Source of the DNA: an uncultured bacterium | GTDB taxonomy: Bacteria > Patescibacteriota > Minisyncoccia > Phycocordibacterales > PALSA-1337 | Length of the DNA stretch: 64,000 nucleotides | Assembly: GCA_903872035.1 (NCBI GenBank) | Contig: CAIQIZ010000022.1 | Span: 5,156 to 69,155, forward strand | Reading direction: 5' to 3' | Part shown: piece after piece, positions 17,588 to 26,586 of the stretch | How the letters are laid out: each line of letters opens with the position of its first letter | Position numbering within the stretch: the first letter of the stretch is position 1 | Position numbers and translations under genes: made by a program | The notes under the pieces: generated by a model | The model's database searches: none | The model's input: the letters and a program-made list of their open reading frames with translations, nothing else | What the model was told of the DNA's origin: nothing

Positions 17588-18646
17588 ATGGCCACATCAC
17601 CCATTTCATTTAAACCAAAACAGACCACCAAGAGACTGCTCTCGTCCCTTCCTGATCGTGCCCGCGACGTCATTGTCCATCGTTACGGACTCGGAAAAGA
17701 GACGAAAAGGATGACACTCGATGCTATCGGCAAGCTTTACGGTATAACCCGTGAGCGTGTTCGTCAGATCGAGGCTTACGCCCTCTCGATGGTCCGCAAG
17801 TCTGAGGAATACAAGCAGGAAAAGGCAGCCTTTGCCGAGATAGAGACCCTGCTTCACTCTTTGGGTGGCATTGTTGTTGAAGATGATTTTCTCGGGCATG
17901 TCTCAAAAGATCCAAGCTTGCAAAACCATGTCTTTTTCCTACTAGTTGTCGGCGAACCTTTCCGTAAATTCAAAGAGGACGATGAGTTTCGACATCGCTG
18001 GCACGTCAACGAAGATTTGGCCAAGAAAGTCGAGGGTGCTTTGCGAAAGCTCTACGGTACTTTGAATAATCAAGACCTCCTTCCCGAATCAGAGATGATC
18101 GGAAAATTCTTGACCCATCTGGAAGATGTCTCTGAACGTTATAAAAATCAAGAGATCGTCAAGCGTTGGCTCTCCATTTCCAAAGCTATCGGCAAGAATC
18201 CTCTCGGCGACTGGGGTGTGGCCCAATCTCCGAACGTCAAGACCAAGGGTATGCGCGATTACGCATTCCTGGTCATAAGGAAGCATGGCTCGCCGATCCA
18301 TTTCCGCGAGGTCGCCAAACAGATCACGACTATGTTCAACAAAAAGGCTCACGTCGCAACTACTCACAATGAGCTCATCAAGGATCCTCGTTTCGTGCTC
18401 GTCGGTCGCGGCCTCTACGCTCTAGCTGAATGGGGATATGCTCCAGGAGTCGTCCGTGACGTCATCCGCACAGTCTTGGAGAAGAATGGCGCGCTTTCCA
18501 AGGAGGAAGTCATAGATAAGGTCATGAAGGAGCGCTACGTCAAAGAAAACACTATCATCGTCAATTTGCAAAATCCGAAGTATTTCCGCCGCGATAAAGA
18601 TGGCAAATATCTTCCGTCAGGCGAGAAAGTGAAGGTGGCAGCGTAA
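17588..18646 (+). CDS. Sigma-70 region-4-like HTH protein with C-terminal HARE-HTH-like domain
   Basis: N-terminal 'LPDRARDVIVHRYGLGKETKRMTLDAIGKLYGITRERVRQIEAYAL' matches the sigma-70 region 4 / LuxR-type HTH. C-terminal '...FVLVGRGLYALAEWGY' matches the HARE-HTH signature (F-x-x-V-G-R-G-x-Y-x-L-x-E-W). Confidence 0.55.
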   Translation: MATSPISFKPKQTTKRLLSSLPDRARDVIVHRYGLGKETKRMTLDAIGKLYGITRERVRQIEAYALSMVRKSEEYKQEKAAFAEIETLLHSLGGIVVEDDFLGHVSKDPSLQNHVFFLLVVGEPFRKFKEDDEFRHRWHVNEDLAKKVEGALRKLYGTLNNQDLLPESEMIGKFLTHLEDVSERYKNQEIVKRWLSISKAIGKNPLGDWGVAQSPNVKTKGMRDYAFLVIRKHGSPIHFREVAKQITTMFNKKAHVATTHNELIKDPRFVLVGRGLYALAEWGYAPGVVRDVIRTVLEKNGALSKEEVIDKVMKERYVKENTIIVNLQNPKYFRRDKDGKYLPSGEKVKVAA

Positions 18647-18745
18647 AGCAAGGAGGAAGGAGTAAGAAGCAAGGAGTAGGGCATGCCACCCTACTCCATT
18701 CTTCGTTCTCCTTGCTCCTTCCTTCTTACTCCTTGCTCCTATATT
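18647..18745. repeat. Purine-rich AAGGAG-repeat element forming a long imperfect hairpin (terminator-like) directly after a stop codon
   Basis: 'AGCAAGGAGGAAGGAGTAAGAAGCAAGGAGTAGGG' is followed by its near reverse complement 'CCCTACTCC...CTCCTTGCTCCTTCCTTCTTACTCCTTGCTCC'. It shares the 12-nt core 'GCAAGGAGGAAG' with the elements at 35901 and 53841. Confidence 0.4.
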
Positions 18746-18760
18746 TGCTATACTATAGCC

Positions 18761-20038
18761 ATGCCTCTCGAACAGACCTTTGCCTATCTAGTTCAGAATT
18801 TTCAGATAAACCTCTTACCGCAATCTATCCAGATCGCCATTGCCTTGGCGCCCATCATGCTGATGTGGCTTTTGGCAGTGATCTTCTGGGATCTGTGGGT
18901 GGATTATGTGCGCAGCAGTCATTTTTTGGAAGTAAAATATACAGTGCTAGAGTTGAAGCTGCCCAAGGATACATTCAAGTCGCCGCTAGCTATGGAATCG
19001 GTGCTGAACTCCATACACAATACATCTGATGGGAGCAAGTACTCGCAGTATTGGAAAGGTGAGACGCGACCGTGGTATTCCTTGGAGATTGCTTCTATCG
19101 AGGGTCAAGTAAAATTCTTCGTGTGGACTGAAGATCAACGAAAAGCCGGTCTAATGTCGGCGCTGTATTCACAATATCCTGGAATCGAGATCGTAGAGCG
19201 AGAAGACTATACAAGAAGCGTATATTTTGATCCGAAGGTCATCAGGATCTGGGCTGGTGAATTCAAATTCACAAAGCCCGATGCTTACCCGATCAAGACT
19301 TATGTCGATTACGGCTTGGATAAGGATCCCAAAGAAGAATTCAAGATAGATCCTCTTCTTCCGCTCATCGAATGGCTCGGCAGCGTCGGGCCAAATCAGG
19401 AGGTCTGGTTTCAATTTTTGATCAGAGCCCACATCAAGGAGCAGCACAAACCCGGGACTCTTTTTACGAAGCACGACGCTTGGATAGATGGTGCTCAGAA
19501 AGAAATAGACAAGATCCTTCTCATCAAGGATCGTAAGACCAAGATCGCTGGCGAGGTCAATCCCGAAACCGGTTATGCCAAAATCCCGACCATCTCCAAG
19601 CCGGAACAGGATCTGGTCGAGGCCATAGGCCGTAGCGTAAGCAAGCTTCCGTTCGATGTCGGCATTCGTGCCTTGTATATCGCCAAGAAGGAGATTTTCA
19701 ACACGCCTTTCGGTATCGGTGGGATCATTGGGAACATGAAGCAGTTCAATGCGGAAAATCTAAATGGATTCAAGCCGAATGGAGACAAGTGGCACAATCG
19801 GCTTGGCGATCCATGGCTAGATTACAAGAATTATCGTCGTAATCGTTATGGACGATTGGCTCTCATGGCCTTCAAGAGGCGCTCGTATTTTTATGCGCCG
19901 TTCACGAGCAAGCCGCTGGTTTTGAATACCGAAGAACTGGCGACCATTTACCATTTCCCTGGATCTGTTTCGCAAACTCCTTCATTAGATCGTATTCCGT
20001 CAAAGAAGGGCCAGGCACCTGGAAATTTGCCTGTATAA
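18761..20038 (+). CDS. Hypothetical membrane protein (N-terminal TM helices, large soluble domain)
   Basis: Likely start is the MPLEQ ATG at 18761; the track start at 18683 lies inside the upstream hairpin. 'IQIAIALAPIMLMWLLAVIFWDLW' is a TM segment. No recognisable catalytic motifs. Confidence 0.5.
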   Translation: MPLEQTFAYLVQNFQINLLPQSIQIAIALAPIMLMWLLAVIFWDLWVDYVRSSHFLEVKYTVLELKLPKDTFKSPLAMESVLNSIHNTSDGSKYSQYWKGETRPWYSLEIASIEGQVKFFVWTEDQRKAGLMSALYSQYPGIEIVEREDYTRSVYFDPKVIRIWAGEFKFTKPDAYPIKTYVDYGLDKDPKEEFKIDPLLPLIEWLGSVGPNQEVWFQFLIRAHIKEQHKPGTLFTKHDAWIDGAQKEIDKILLIKDRKTKIAGEVNPETGYAKIPTISKPEQDLVEAIGRSVSKLPFDVGIRALYIAKKEIFNTPFGIGGIIGNMKQFNAENLNGFKPNGDKWHNRLGDPWLDYKNYRRNRYGRLALMAFKRRSYFYAPFTSKPLVLNTEELATIYHFPGSVSQTPSLDRIPSKKGQAPGNLPV

Positions 20039-20042
20039 TGTC

Positions 20043-21005
20043 ATGAAGTTCATTAAGCGCCGATATAAGCTGATCGTTGGTATAATCGCCGCATCGTTTG
20101 CTGTTCTCATATTCCTCGTAATATACCTCTCTATAGCGCCGGCGAACTTTCCGAGCAGTACGGTCGTCACAATAAAAAAAGGAACTTATATGTCGCAAGC
20201 GGCAGAAATTTTGGCTTCAGACGGAATAATCCGATCCACTTTGCTACTGAAATTCTACGTCGTTCTTTTGAGCGGTCATCGCCAAGTCCAGGCCGGTGAT
20301 TATCTCTTCGACACACCACAGTCCGCTCTGCGTGTAGCCTCTCGTCTAGTCTACGGCATTCAGGGACTACCGAAGATCAGGGTGACTTTCTTTGAAGGAA
20401 TGACTTCGGATGATATGGCAGCCACTTTGAAGAAGAACATTCCGAAGTTTGACTCGACCACGTTCTTGGCTCTAGCTAAGCCGCTGGAAGGGTCGCTATT
20501 TCCCGATACCTACTATTTTTACCAAAATACCAAGCCACAAGAAGTTGTCGACCAGTTGCATTCAACATTCAATGCCAAAACCAAACCTCTGTTGCTAGAT
20601 ATTCAGGCTTTCGGCAAGTCTCCGTCCGATATCATCGCCATGGCTTCGATAGTCGAAAGAGAGGCGACCAGTTCAGTTGATCGCCGGATGATAGCTGGAA
20701 TTCTTTGGAGACGCATTTCCATGAAAATGCCTTTACAGGTCGACCCGCCATTCTTTTACATTCTTGGAAAAGATTCGGCCTCTCTGACTCTCAAGGATCT
20801 AGCTATAGATTCCCCGTACAATCTCTACAAACACACCGGACTGCCACCGACGCCTATAGATAATCCCGGCTTGAACGCTATTGTCGATACCATCAACCCA
20901 ACGCCGAGCGATTACCTATTCTATTTATCTGGAAAGGATGGTCGGATGCATTATGCTGTGAATCTAGCCGGGCATACGGCTAATGCGAATAAGTATATAG
21001 AGTAA
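20043..21005 (+). CDS. mltG: Endolytic murein transglycosylase MltG (YceG-like)
   Basis: N-terminal TM anchor, then YceG-like domain with 'MASIVEREA' catalytic Glu region and 'SPYNLYKHTGLPPTPIDNPG'. Confidence 0.8.
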   Translation: MKFIKRRYKLIVGIIAASFAVLIFLVIYLSIAPANFPSSTVVTIKKGTYMSQAAEILASDGIIRSTLLLKFYVVLLSGHRQVQAGDYLFDTPQSALRVASRLVYGIQGLPKIRVTFFEGMTSDDMAATLKKNIPKFDSTTFLALAKPLEGSLFPDTYYFYQNTKPQEVVDQLHSTFNAKTKPLLLDIQAFGKSPSDIIAMASIVEREATSSVDRRMIAGILWRRISMKMPLQVDPPFFYILGKDSASLTLKDLAIDSPYNLYKHTGLPPTPIDNPGLNAIVDTINPTPSDYLFYLSGKDGRMHYAVNLAGHTANANKYIE

Positions 21006-21060
21006 GAAAAAAGCCGGTGGAGGTTTCCACAGGCCGGGATGAAAAGTATTCGATTGCAGC

Positions 21061-21516
21061 TTAGCCGAGTTTCCCCGAATTGAGCTGGTCTGCCATTGCC
21101 AAGGCTTCGACTAAGGCTTCAGCGCCCGTATTCCAGATCCATACCGAGTCGGCACCATAATCCAGGGCCTTCGTGATTGTCGCGGTGTCATCCTCGTAAA
21201 GCCTTAAGCAAATCGGCACGCGTACGATTCTCCGCTCATCTTCAACTGTGGAGCGAATGCCCCGAATTACATCCAATCCGTCAGGTATCGGCGAATCAAG
21301 GACCAGGTCAACGAGGACCATGCCAATGTTATTAGCGTATTCCAGGTACGTAGTGATGCCCGAATCGCCATTTTTTGCCTCGATGTATGAATGGCCAAGT
21401 GCCCGAAGAAGCCGAGAATTGGCCCTCCGGCTTGAATCATCTGCACATATGATAAGTACGATCATAGATATATCTCCTCTTGAGTTTTCTGCTATTGAAT
21501 GTAAGATGTAATTCAT
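21061..21516 (-). CDS. Stand-alone response-regulator receiver (REC)-like domain protein, atypical
   Basis: 'IVLIICADDSS...' acidic pocket and 'GMVLVDLVLDSPIPDGLD' phospho-acceptor Asp context. The conserved Lys near the C-terminus is not obvious. Confidence 0.5.
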   Translation of the reverse strand: MNYILHSIAENSRGDISMIVLIICADDSSRRANSRLLRALGHSYIEAKNGDSGITTYLEYANNIGMVLVDLVLDSPIPDGLDVIRGIRSTVEDERRIVRVPICLRLYEDDTATITKALDYGADSVWIWNTGAEALVEALAMADQLNSGKLG

Positions 21517-22648
21517 GAATAGTCAAGTAGCAGGTTCATCGAGGTCAAAAGGCAGGATCAAGGTCTTCGTCGGCATGTCTGGCGGAGTCGATTCTTCTGT
21601 TTCAGCGGCCCTACTCAAGAAAGCCGGATATGATGTGACAGGCGTTTTCATCAAAGTTTGGCAGCCGGATTGGATCGATTGCAATTGGAAGGAGGAACGA
21701 TTGGAAGCTATGCGAGCCGCTGCGCATCTGGATATACCTTTCATTACGCTCGATTTGGAACAGGAATACAAACGAGGCGTCATCGATTACATGATCGCTG
21801 AATACAAGGTCGGTCGAACTCCCAATCCTGACGTCATGTGTAACCGTGAAGTAAAATTCGGAGCATTTTGGAAATGGGCCAAAGAGAATGGGGCAGGCTT
21901 CATTGCTACGGGTCATTATGCGCGAAATATTGAGGGCCAACTCTTAATCGGTGTAGATTCTAATAAGGACCAGTCCTACTTTCTCTGGACTCTTAACAGG
22001 GACGATTTAGCCCATGTGATGTTTCCGGTCGGCGATATAGAGAAGCCGGAAGTCAGAAAGTTGGCGAAAAAGTTCAAACTACCGAATGCAGAAAAGAAAG
22101 ACAGCCAAGGATTGTGCTTCATCGGAAAGGTTGATGTGAAGGAATTCCTGGCACATTACATAAAGATGGAATCTGGCCGGGTCTTGAATAAAAGCGGTGA
22201 AGTTATTGGTGGGCATCCGGGTTCATTACTGTTCACGATCGGTGAGCGGCACGGATTCAAAGTCGATGCCGAACATAAGACTCCGGAGGATTTGCCATAT
22301 TATGTTATTAGCAAGGATATTGATAAGAACATCATTATGGTTTCCAACAGAGACGCCGCACATTCATTGCCGCAGGCTAGGAATTCAGTATGCATCAGAA
22401 ATGGTAACTGGGTGAGCGCGAAAATTCCGAGCAAGACTGCTTTAGATGTCCAGCATTTTGATGGTTTTCCTCTTCAAGCCCGCAGCCGTTATCGTCAGGA
22501 ATTGCAAAGGGTGCGGATCGTTGCAGCCACAATATCCGAGGCTGAAATAGAATTTGAGAAGCCACAGGATACGTTGACACCAGGGCAGTCATTAGTGATC
22601 TACGATGGGGAATTATGCTTGGGAGGGGGAGTTATTGAGGGTCGCTAA
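21515..22648 (+). CDS. mnmA: tRNA-specific 2-thiouridylase MnmA
   Basis: PP-loop 'VFVGMSGGVDSSVSAALL', catalytic Cys context 'QGLCFIGK', and full-length conservation. Confidence 0.9.
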   Translation: MNSQVAGSSRSKGRIKVFVGMSGGVDSSVSAALLKKAGYDVTGVFIKVWQPDWIDCNWKEERLEAMRAAAHLDIPFITLDLEQEYKRGVIDYMIAEYKVGRTPNPDVMCNREVKFGAFWKWAKENGAGFIATGHYARNIEGQLLIGVDSNKDQSYFLWTLNRDDLAHVMFPVGDIEKPEVRKLAKKFKLPNAEKKDSQGLCFIGKVDVKEFLAHYIKMESGRVLNKSGEVIGGHPGSLLFTIGERHGFKVDAEHKTPEDLPYYVISKDIDKNIIMVSNRDAAHSLPQARNSVCIRNGNWVSAKIPSKTALDVQHFDGFPLQARSRYRQELQRVRIVAATISEAEIEFEKPQDTLTPGQSLVIYDGELCLGGGVIEGR

Positions 22649-22663
22649 TCCCTGCAGAAACAC

Positions 22664-22688
22664 AAAATCCGCTTCGGCGGATTTTGTG
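22664..22688 (+). terminator. Rho-independent terminator after mnmA
   Basis: 'AAAATCCGC-TTCG-GCGGATTTT' followed by 'GTGAG'. GNRA-like tetraloop. Confidence 0.6.
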
Positions 22689-22746
22689 AGAGCTTAGCAA
22701 ATATCATTCATACCATCCGTGCTATACTAATGACCAATAAACACCC

Positions 22747-23592
22747 ATGAATCACCTAGTCACGATCGCCAAGTCCGATGGCACAAAAGAGCTTTTTGAA
22801 GAAGAGAAGCTGGTAAGCTCGCTCAAGAGGGTCGGTGCTAGGCCGGAAGTTATAGATGATGTTGTGGATGAAGTCGAAAGAGAGATGCATGAGGATATGA
22901 CAACATCTGACATCTACCGTCGCGCTTTCGTCCTCTTGCATAGGCATTCTGTTCCGATGGCAGCCAAATATTCAGTTCGTCGCGCCATGATGGAACTTGG
23001 GCCCGACGGTTTTCCTTTTGAGAAGTACGTAGCTCGTATCTTCAAGATGTGGGGATATGAATCAGTGACCGATCAGACATTGCTAGGAACTTGTGTTGAT
23101 CATGAGGTTGACGTTGTGGCTTGGAAAGATAAAGAGCTGGCCATGGTAGAGGCAAAGTATCACAATGAGTTTGGTCTGAAATCAGATTTGAAGGTAGCTT
23201 TGTATGTCAAAGCTCGTTTCGATGATTTGGCCGAGGTTGTTTTCAATTTCGGTGGCGTAGAGCGAAAATTGACCGAGCGTTGGCTGGTGACGAATACGAA
23301 ATTTACCGAAAAAGCTATCAAATATGGCGAATGCAATCATTTGAAATTGCTCGGGTGGAATTATCCTATTCATGGCAATTTACATGACATCATAGGTGAA
23401 AATGGCCTTCATCCGATAAGTTGCCTATCTTCTCTAACTCATGAACAAAAGAGAGATCTGGTCGGTCGCAACACTTTAGTTTGTATCGACCTAGTTGGTA
23501 ATCCTGGAATCTTGAACGATATAGGCGTTAAAGGCGAGTTAGCTGAGAAGGTTTTAACTGAAGCACAAATCATTATCGAGGAGGCGAAGTAA
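22747..23592 (+). CDS. ATP-cone domain protein fused to an Mrr-like (PD-(D/E)xK) restriction-endonuclease-type domain
   Basis: The N-terminal ~90 aa has the ATP-cone pattern (KSDGTKELFEEEKLVSSLKRVGA...IYRRAF). The central 'FEKYVARIFKMWGYE...DHEVDVVAWKD...VEAKYH' matches the Mrr_cat D...(D/E)xK core. C-terminal 'LNDIGVKGELAEKVL' is HhH-like. Confidence 0.55.
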   Translation: MNHLVTIAKSDGTKELFEEEKLVSSLKRVGARPEVIDDVVDEVEREMHEDMTTSDIYRRAFVLLHRHSVPMAAKYSVRRAMMELGPDGFPFEKYVARIFKMWGYESVTDQTLLGTCVDHEVDVVAWKDKELAMVEAKYHNEFGLKSDLKVALYVKARFDDLAEVVFNFGGVERKLTERWLVTNTKFTEKAIKYGECNHLKLLGWNYPIHGNLHDIIGENGLHPISCLSSLTHEQKRDLVGRNTLVCIDLVGNPGILNDIGVKGELAEKVLTEAQIIIEEAK

Positions 23593-23624
23593 CCGTGTAG
23601 GTTAGGCCTCCCCGCCTATTCATA

Positions 23625-23650
23625 CTGGCCACAATATGGCCAGTTTTGTT
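23625..23650 (+). terminator. Rho-independent terminator
   Basis: 'CTGGCCA-CAATA-TGGCCAG' followed by 'TTTTGTT'. Confidence 0.6.
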
Positions 23651-23682
23651 GATAATTGAAATATTTGTGTAGATAGGAGATA

Positions 23683-24060
23683 ATGCGAAACATGAATGAA
23701 GTAAAAAAAGAAGTCCAAAAATTCATGGAGGAAAGGGATTGGTTGGGTCAGCCGCCAGCGGATGTGGCAAAGTCTATAATAATTGAAGCTGCCGAACTAT
23801 TGGAACACTTCCAATGGAGCAGTTTCTTCTGTGAAGAAGTTGAAAAGGATCAGAAAACCAAGAATGAAATCGTTGCAGAACTGGCGGATGTGTTCATTTA
23901 TGCTGTTGAAATGGCAATATTATTGGATGTAAATATTGGAGATATCGTGCACGCAAAGCTTATCAAGGCGGCGAAGAAATATCCCGTCGGTGTTGTTAAT
24001 GGAAAGCTCGGGTCGAAAAAATACAAGGAGATAAAGAAGAAATATCGCGCGAAATCATAA
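23683..24060 (+). CDS. MazG-like nucleotide pyrophosphohydrolase
   Basis: 'IIEAAELLEHFQW' and 'ELADVFIYAVEMA' are the EExxE/D metal-binding helices of the all-alpha NTP-PPase (MazG) fold. Confidence 0.7.
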   Translation: MRNMNEVKKEVQKFMEERDWLGQPPADVAKSIIIEAAELLEHFQWSSFFCEEVEKDQKTKNEIVAELADVFIYAVEMAILLDVNIGDIVHAKLIKAAKKYPVGVVNGKLGSKKYKEIKKKYRAKS

Positions 24061-24065
24061 TCTTT

Positions 24066-24692
24066 GTGTCGAGTAATTCATTTATGACCAAACACGACCA
24101 AATGAAAGCAATCCGCGACGAACTGCTGGCGTTCACGCATTCGCCTCTCTATGAATATCGCACTGCCAACAAGTTCTTTCCTGTCGTTGGTGAGGGCAGT
24201 CATGATGCAGCCATCATGTTCGTGGGCGAAGCGCCTGGGCAGAATGAAGCCAAGACCGGACGGCCGTTTTGTGGGGCAGCAGGCAAGTTCCTTACGCTTC
24301 TCATCGAATCGATCGGGTTAACTCGCGACAAGGTTTACATCACAAATGTAGTCAAAGATCGTCCACCCGAGAATCGAGACCCGACGCCGGAGGAAATAGC
24401 CCTTTATTCACCATTCCTCGATCGTCAGGTGCAGATAATCCAACCCAGAGTCATCGTTACGCTCGGAAGGCATTCCATGGGATATGTCATGAGACGCTAT
24501 GATTTGGATCTGGAGCTTGAGCCGATCAGCAAGATTCATGGGAAATCATTCCAGACGGTCTATTTTGATGCAGATAGCAATCCGCAACCCGTGACGATCG
24601 TGACGCTCTACCATCCGGCTAGTGCGCTCTACAATGGCGGAATGAGGGATATTCATAAGAAAGATTTTGAAGTTTTGAAGAAGTTCCTGTAG
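24066..24692 (+). CDS. Uracil-DNA glycosylase, family 4
   Basis: Motif A 'GEAPGQNEAKTGRPFCGAAGKFL' and motif B 'YHPASALY' of the family-4 (UdgA / phage SPO1-type) UDGs. Confidence 0.8.
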   Translation: MSSNSFMTKHDQMKAIRDELLAFTHSPLYEYRTANKFFPVVGEGSHDAAIMFVGEAPGQNEAKTGRPFCGAAGKFLTLLIESIGLTRDKVYITNVVKDRPPENRDPTPEEIALYSPFLDRQVQIIQPRVIVTLGRHSMGYVMRRYDLDLELEPISKIHGKSFQTVYFDADSNPQPVTIVTLYHPASALYNGGMRDIHKKDFEVLKKFL

Positions 24693-24695
24693 GAT

Positions 24696-26534
24696 GTGTT
24701 TATGAATACACTCACATCAAGCACCGGAGCGCATCTTCTAGAGCATTTGAATCAGCAATATTCCAAGCTTCACAAAGCCTATGAAGACTATTTTTGGCTG
24801 TCTTACATGGGGGATCATAGTGTGGATGAGAAGATGAACAAAGCACAGTCAGAACGTGATGCATTCCGGTCAGATGAGAATCTCAAGAAGGAGGTCACGA
24901 AATCGATCAAAGTTTCAAAGGGAGTGATCAGAGACAGATTGAAGCTTTGGAAGCATTTCTTTGATCTATATCAAACACCGAAGCATGCATTTCCTTTCAA
25001 GGAGAAAGCAAATGAGCTCGAAGCAAAGATTGCGTCAGAAAAAACCTCTCGAAAAGAAGGATATACAGATCCAAAGACCGGCTCCTTCGTCGAAGCCTCT
25101 GAAAACAAGATGAAATTCAAGCTAAGGACTGACCCCGACGAAGCTGTCCGTAAGGCCTGCTTCAAGGCCTTAGAAAAGCTGCCTTTGGACACGATCGATG
25201 ATTATTTGAAGATCATTGCGCTTCGCAATGAATTCGCACACGCTTTGGGGTACGAGGATTTCTATGCCTATAAGGCTCGGATTGATGAAAATATGACAAA
25301 GAAGGAATTGTTTTCGATCTTTGAGAAGATATACGAAAAGACCAAATATGCACAAAAGGACATATTGAAATTGGAAAAGAAGATGGTTGCCGAAGGGAAA
25401 CCTGGCTTGCGTAAGCCTTGGAATTTTGGATACATGATGACAGGCGGATTTGCCAAAGAAGAGGACCCGTATTTTCGATTTGAAGATGTGCTTCTGCGCT
25501 GGGGAAGATCGTTTGCCGCCCTTGGAGTCGATTTCGGTGGAGGATCAGTGACTCTCGATCTTCTAGATCGAAAAGGTAAGCACAACAATGGTTTTTGTCA
25601 TTATCCTAGCTTGGTGCAATTCAAAAATGGTAAAAGGATCCCAGCGTCCAGCAATTTTGCTTCAAATGCGGTGCTAGATCAGGTTGGTGCTGGTGTCCGA
25701 GAAACAGAGACAGTCTTTCACGAGGCTGGGCACGCCGCCGATCGATTGAATTCTATGCAGCCGGACGCTTGCATCAATCATGAATATCCGCCATCGACCG
25801 TTTCTTGGGCTGAAACACATAGCATGTTCATGGATACTATATGCTCAAGCATTGAATGGCGTACGAGGTATGCAAAAGACGAAAACGGCCAGCCTTATCC
25901 TTTCGAATTGTTCGAAAGAAAAGTCAGAAAGCTAAGCCCTCTTCGTCCGCTTAGCCTCATGTACATCCTGTTCGTTATCTTCTTCGAAAAAGAAGTGTAC
26001 GAGTGCAAGAGCCTTAACAAGGCCAAGCTTCTGGAGATTGCCAAAAAGAATGCGAGAAAGTACACGAATTATTCTGAGGATTCAATTTCGATTCTTAATC
26101 TCCCCCATATATATTCCTGGGAAAGTTCCGCCTATTACCACGGTTATGGACTGGCAGAGCTCGGAGTACACCAATGGAGGCATTACTTTTTCAAGAAATA
26201 TGGCTACATTGTCGATAATCCGAAGATTGGTCGCGAGATGACGCGTATGTGGTCCTACGCTTCGCTATACCCAGCCAAGCAATTGGTGAAAATGGCAACC
26301 GGAAAACCGTTGAGCCCGGATGCTTTCATCAGCGATGTTACATGTTCAAACGATACGATCATTGCCGGTGCCAAGAGGAAGATCGCTCGGCTGCAAAAGA
26401 TCCCTGAATACAAGAAGCCCGTGGATTTGAAAGGAAAGATTACTATGGTTCATGGCAAGAAGAAGATCGCCGACAATTCCAAGGGCTTTGAGGATATGGA
26501 TAAGAAATATCGCAAGTGGCTAAAGTCGTTATAG
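24696..26534 (+). CDS. Zinc metallopeptidase, M3/M32-like (oligoendopeptidase-F-like size)
   Basis: '[16 protein letters not shown]' HExxH with downstream acidic residues. 612 aa all-helical protein consistent with thimet/oligoendopeptidase-type folds. Confidence 0.5.
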   Translation: MFMNTLTSSTGAHLLEHLNQQYSKLHKAYEDYFWLSYMGDHSVDEKMNKAQSERDAFRSDENLKKEVTKSIKVSKGVIRDRLKLWKHFFDLYQTPKHAFPFKEKANELEAKIASEKTSRKEGYTDPKTGSFVEASENKMKFKLRTDPDEAVRKACFKALEKLPLDTIDDYLKIIALRNEFAHALGYEDFYAYKARIDENMTKKELFSIFEKIYEKTKYAQKDILKLEKKMVAEGKPGLRKPWNFGYMMTGGFAKEEDPYFRFEDVLLRWGRSFAALGVDFGGGSVTLDLLDRKGKHNNGFCHYPSLVQFKNGKRIPASSNFASNAVLDQVGAGVRETETVFHEAGHAADRLNSMQPDACINHEYPPSTVSWAETHSMFMDTICSSIEWRTRYAKDENGQPYPFELFERKVRKLSPLRPLSLMYILFVIFFEKEVYECKSLNKAKLLEIAKKNARKYTNYSEDSISILNLPHIYSWESSAYYHGYGLAELGVHQWRHYFFKKYGYIVDNPKIGREMTRMWSYASLYPAKQLVKMATGKPLSPDAFISDVTCSNDTIIAGAKRKIARLQKIPEYKKPVDLKGKITMVHGKKKIADNSKGFEDMDKKYRKWLKSL

Positions 26535-26586
26535 GTCTGACCTCGTCGGCCTAGCCTCAATCTAGCGATTTTGCTAGTATTGCATC

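Noticed and set aside
18683-18760. Track start of ORF 18683..20038 (MPPYSILRSPCSF...)
   Set aside because: These codons are the reverse-complement arm of the AAGGAG hairpin. The hydrophobic MPLEQTFAYL start at 18761 is a more plausible initiation site.
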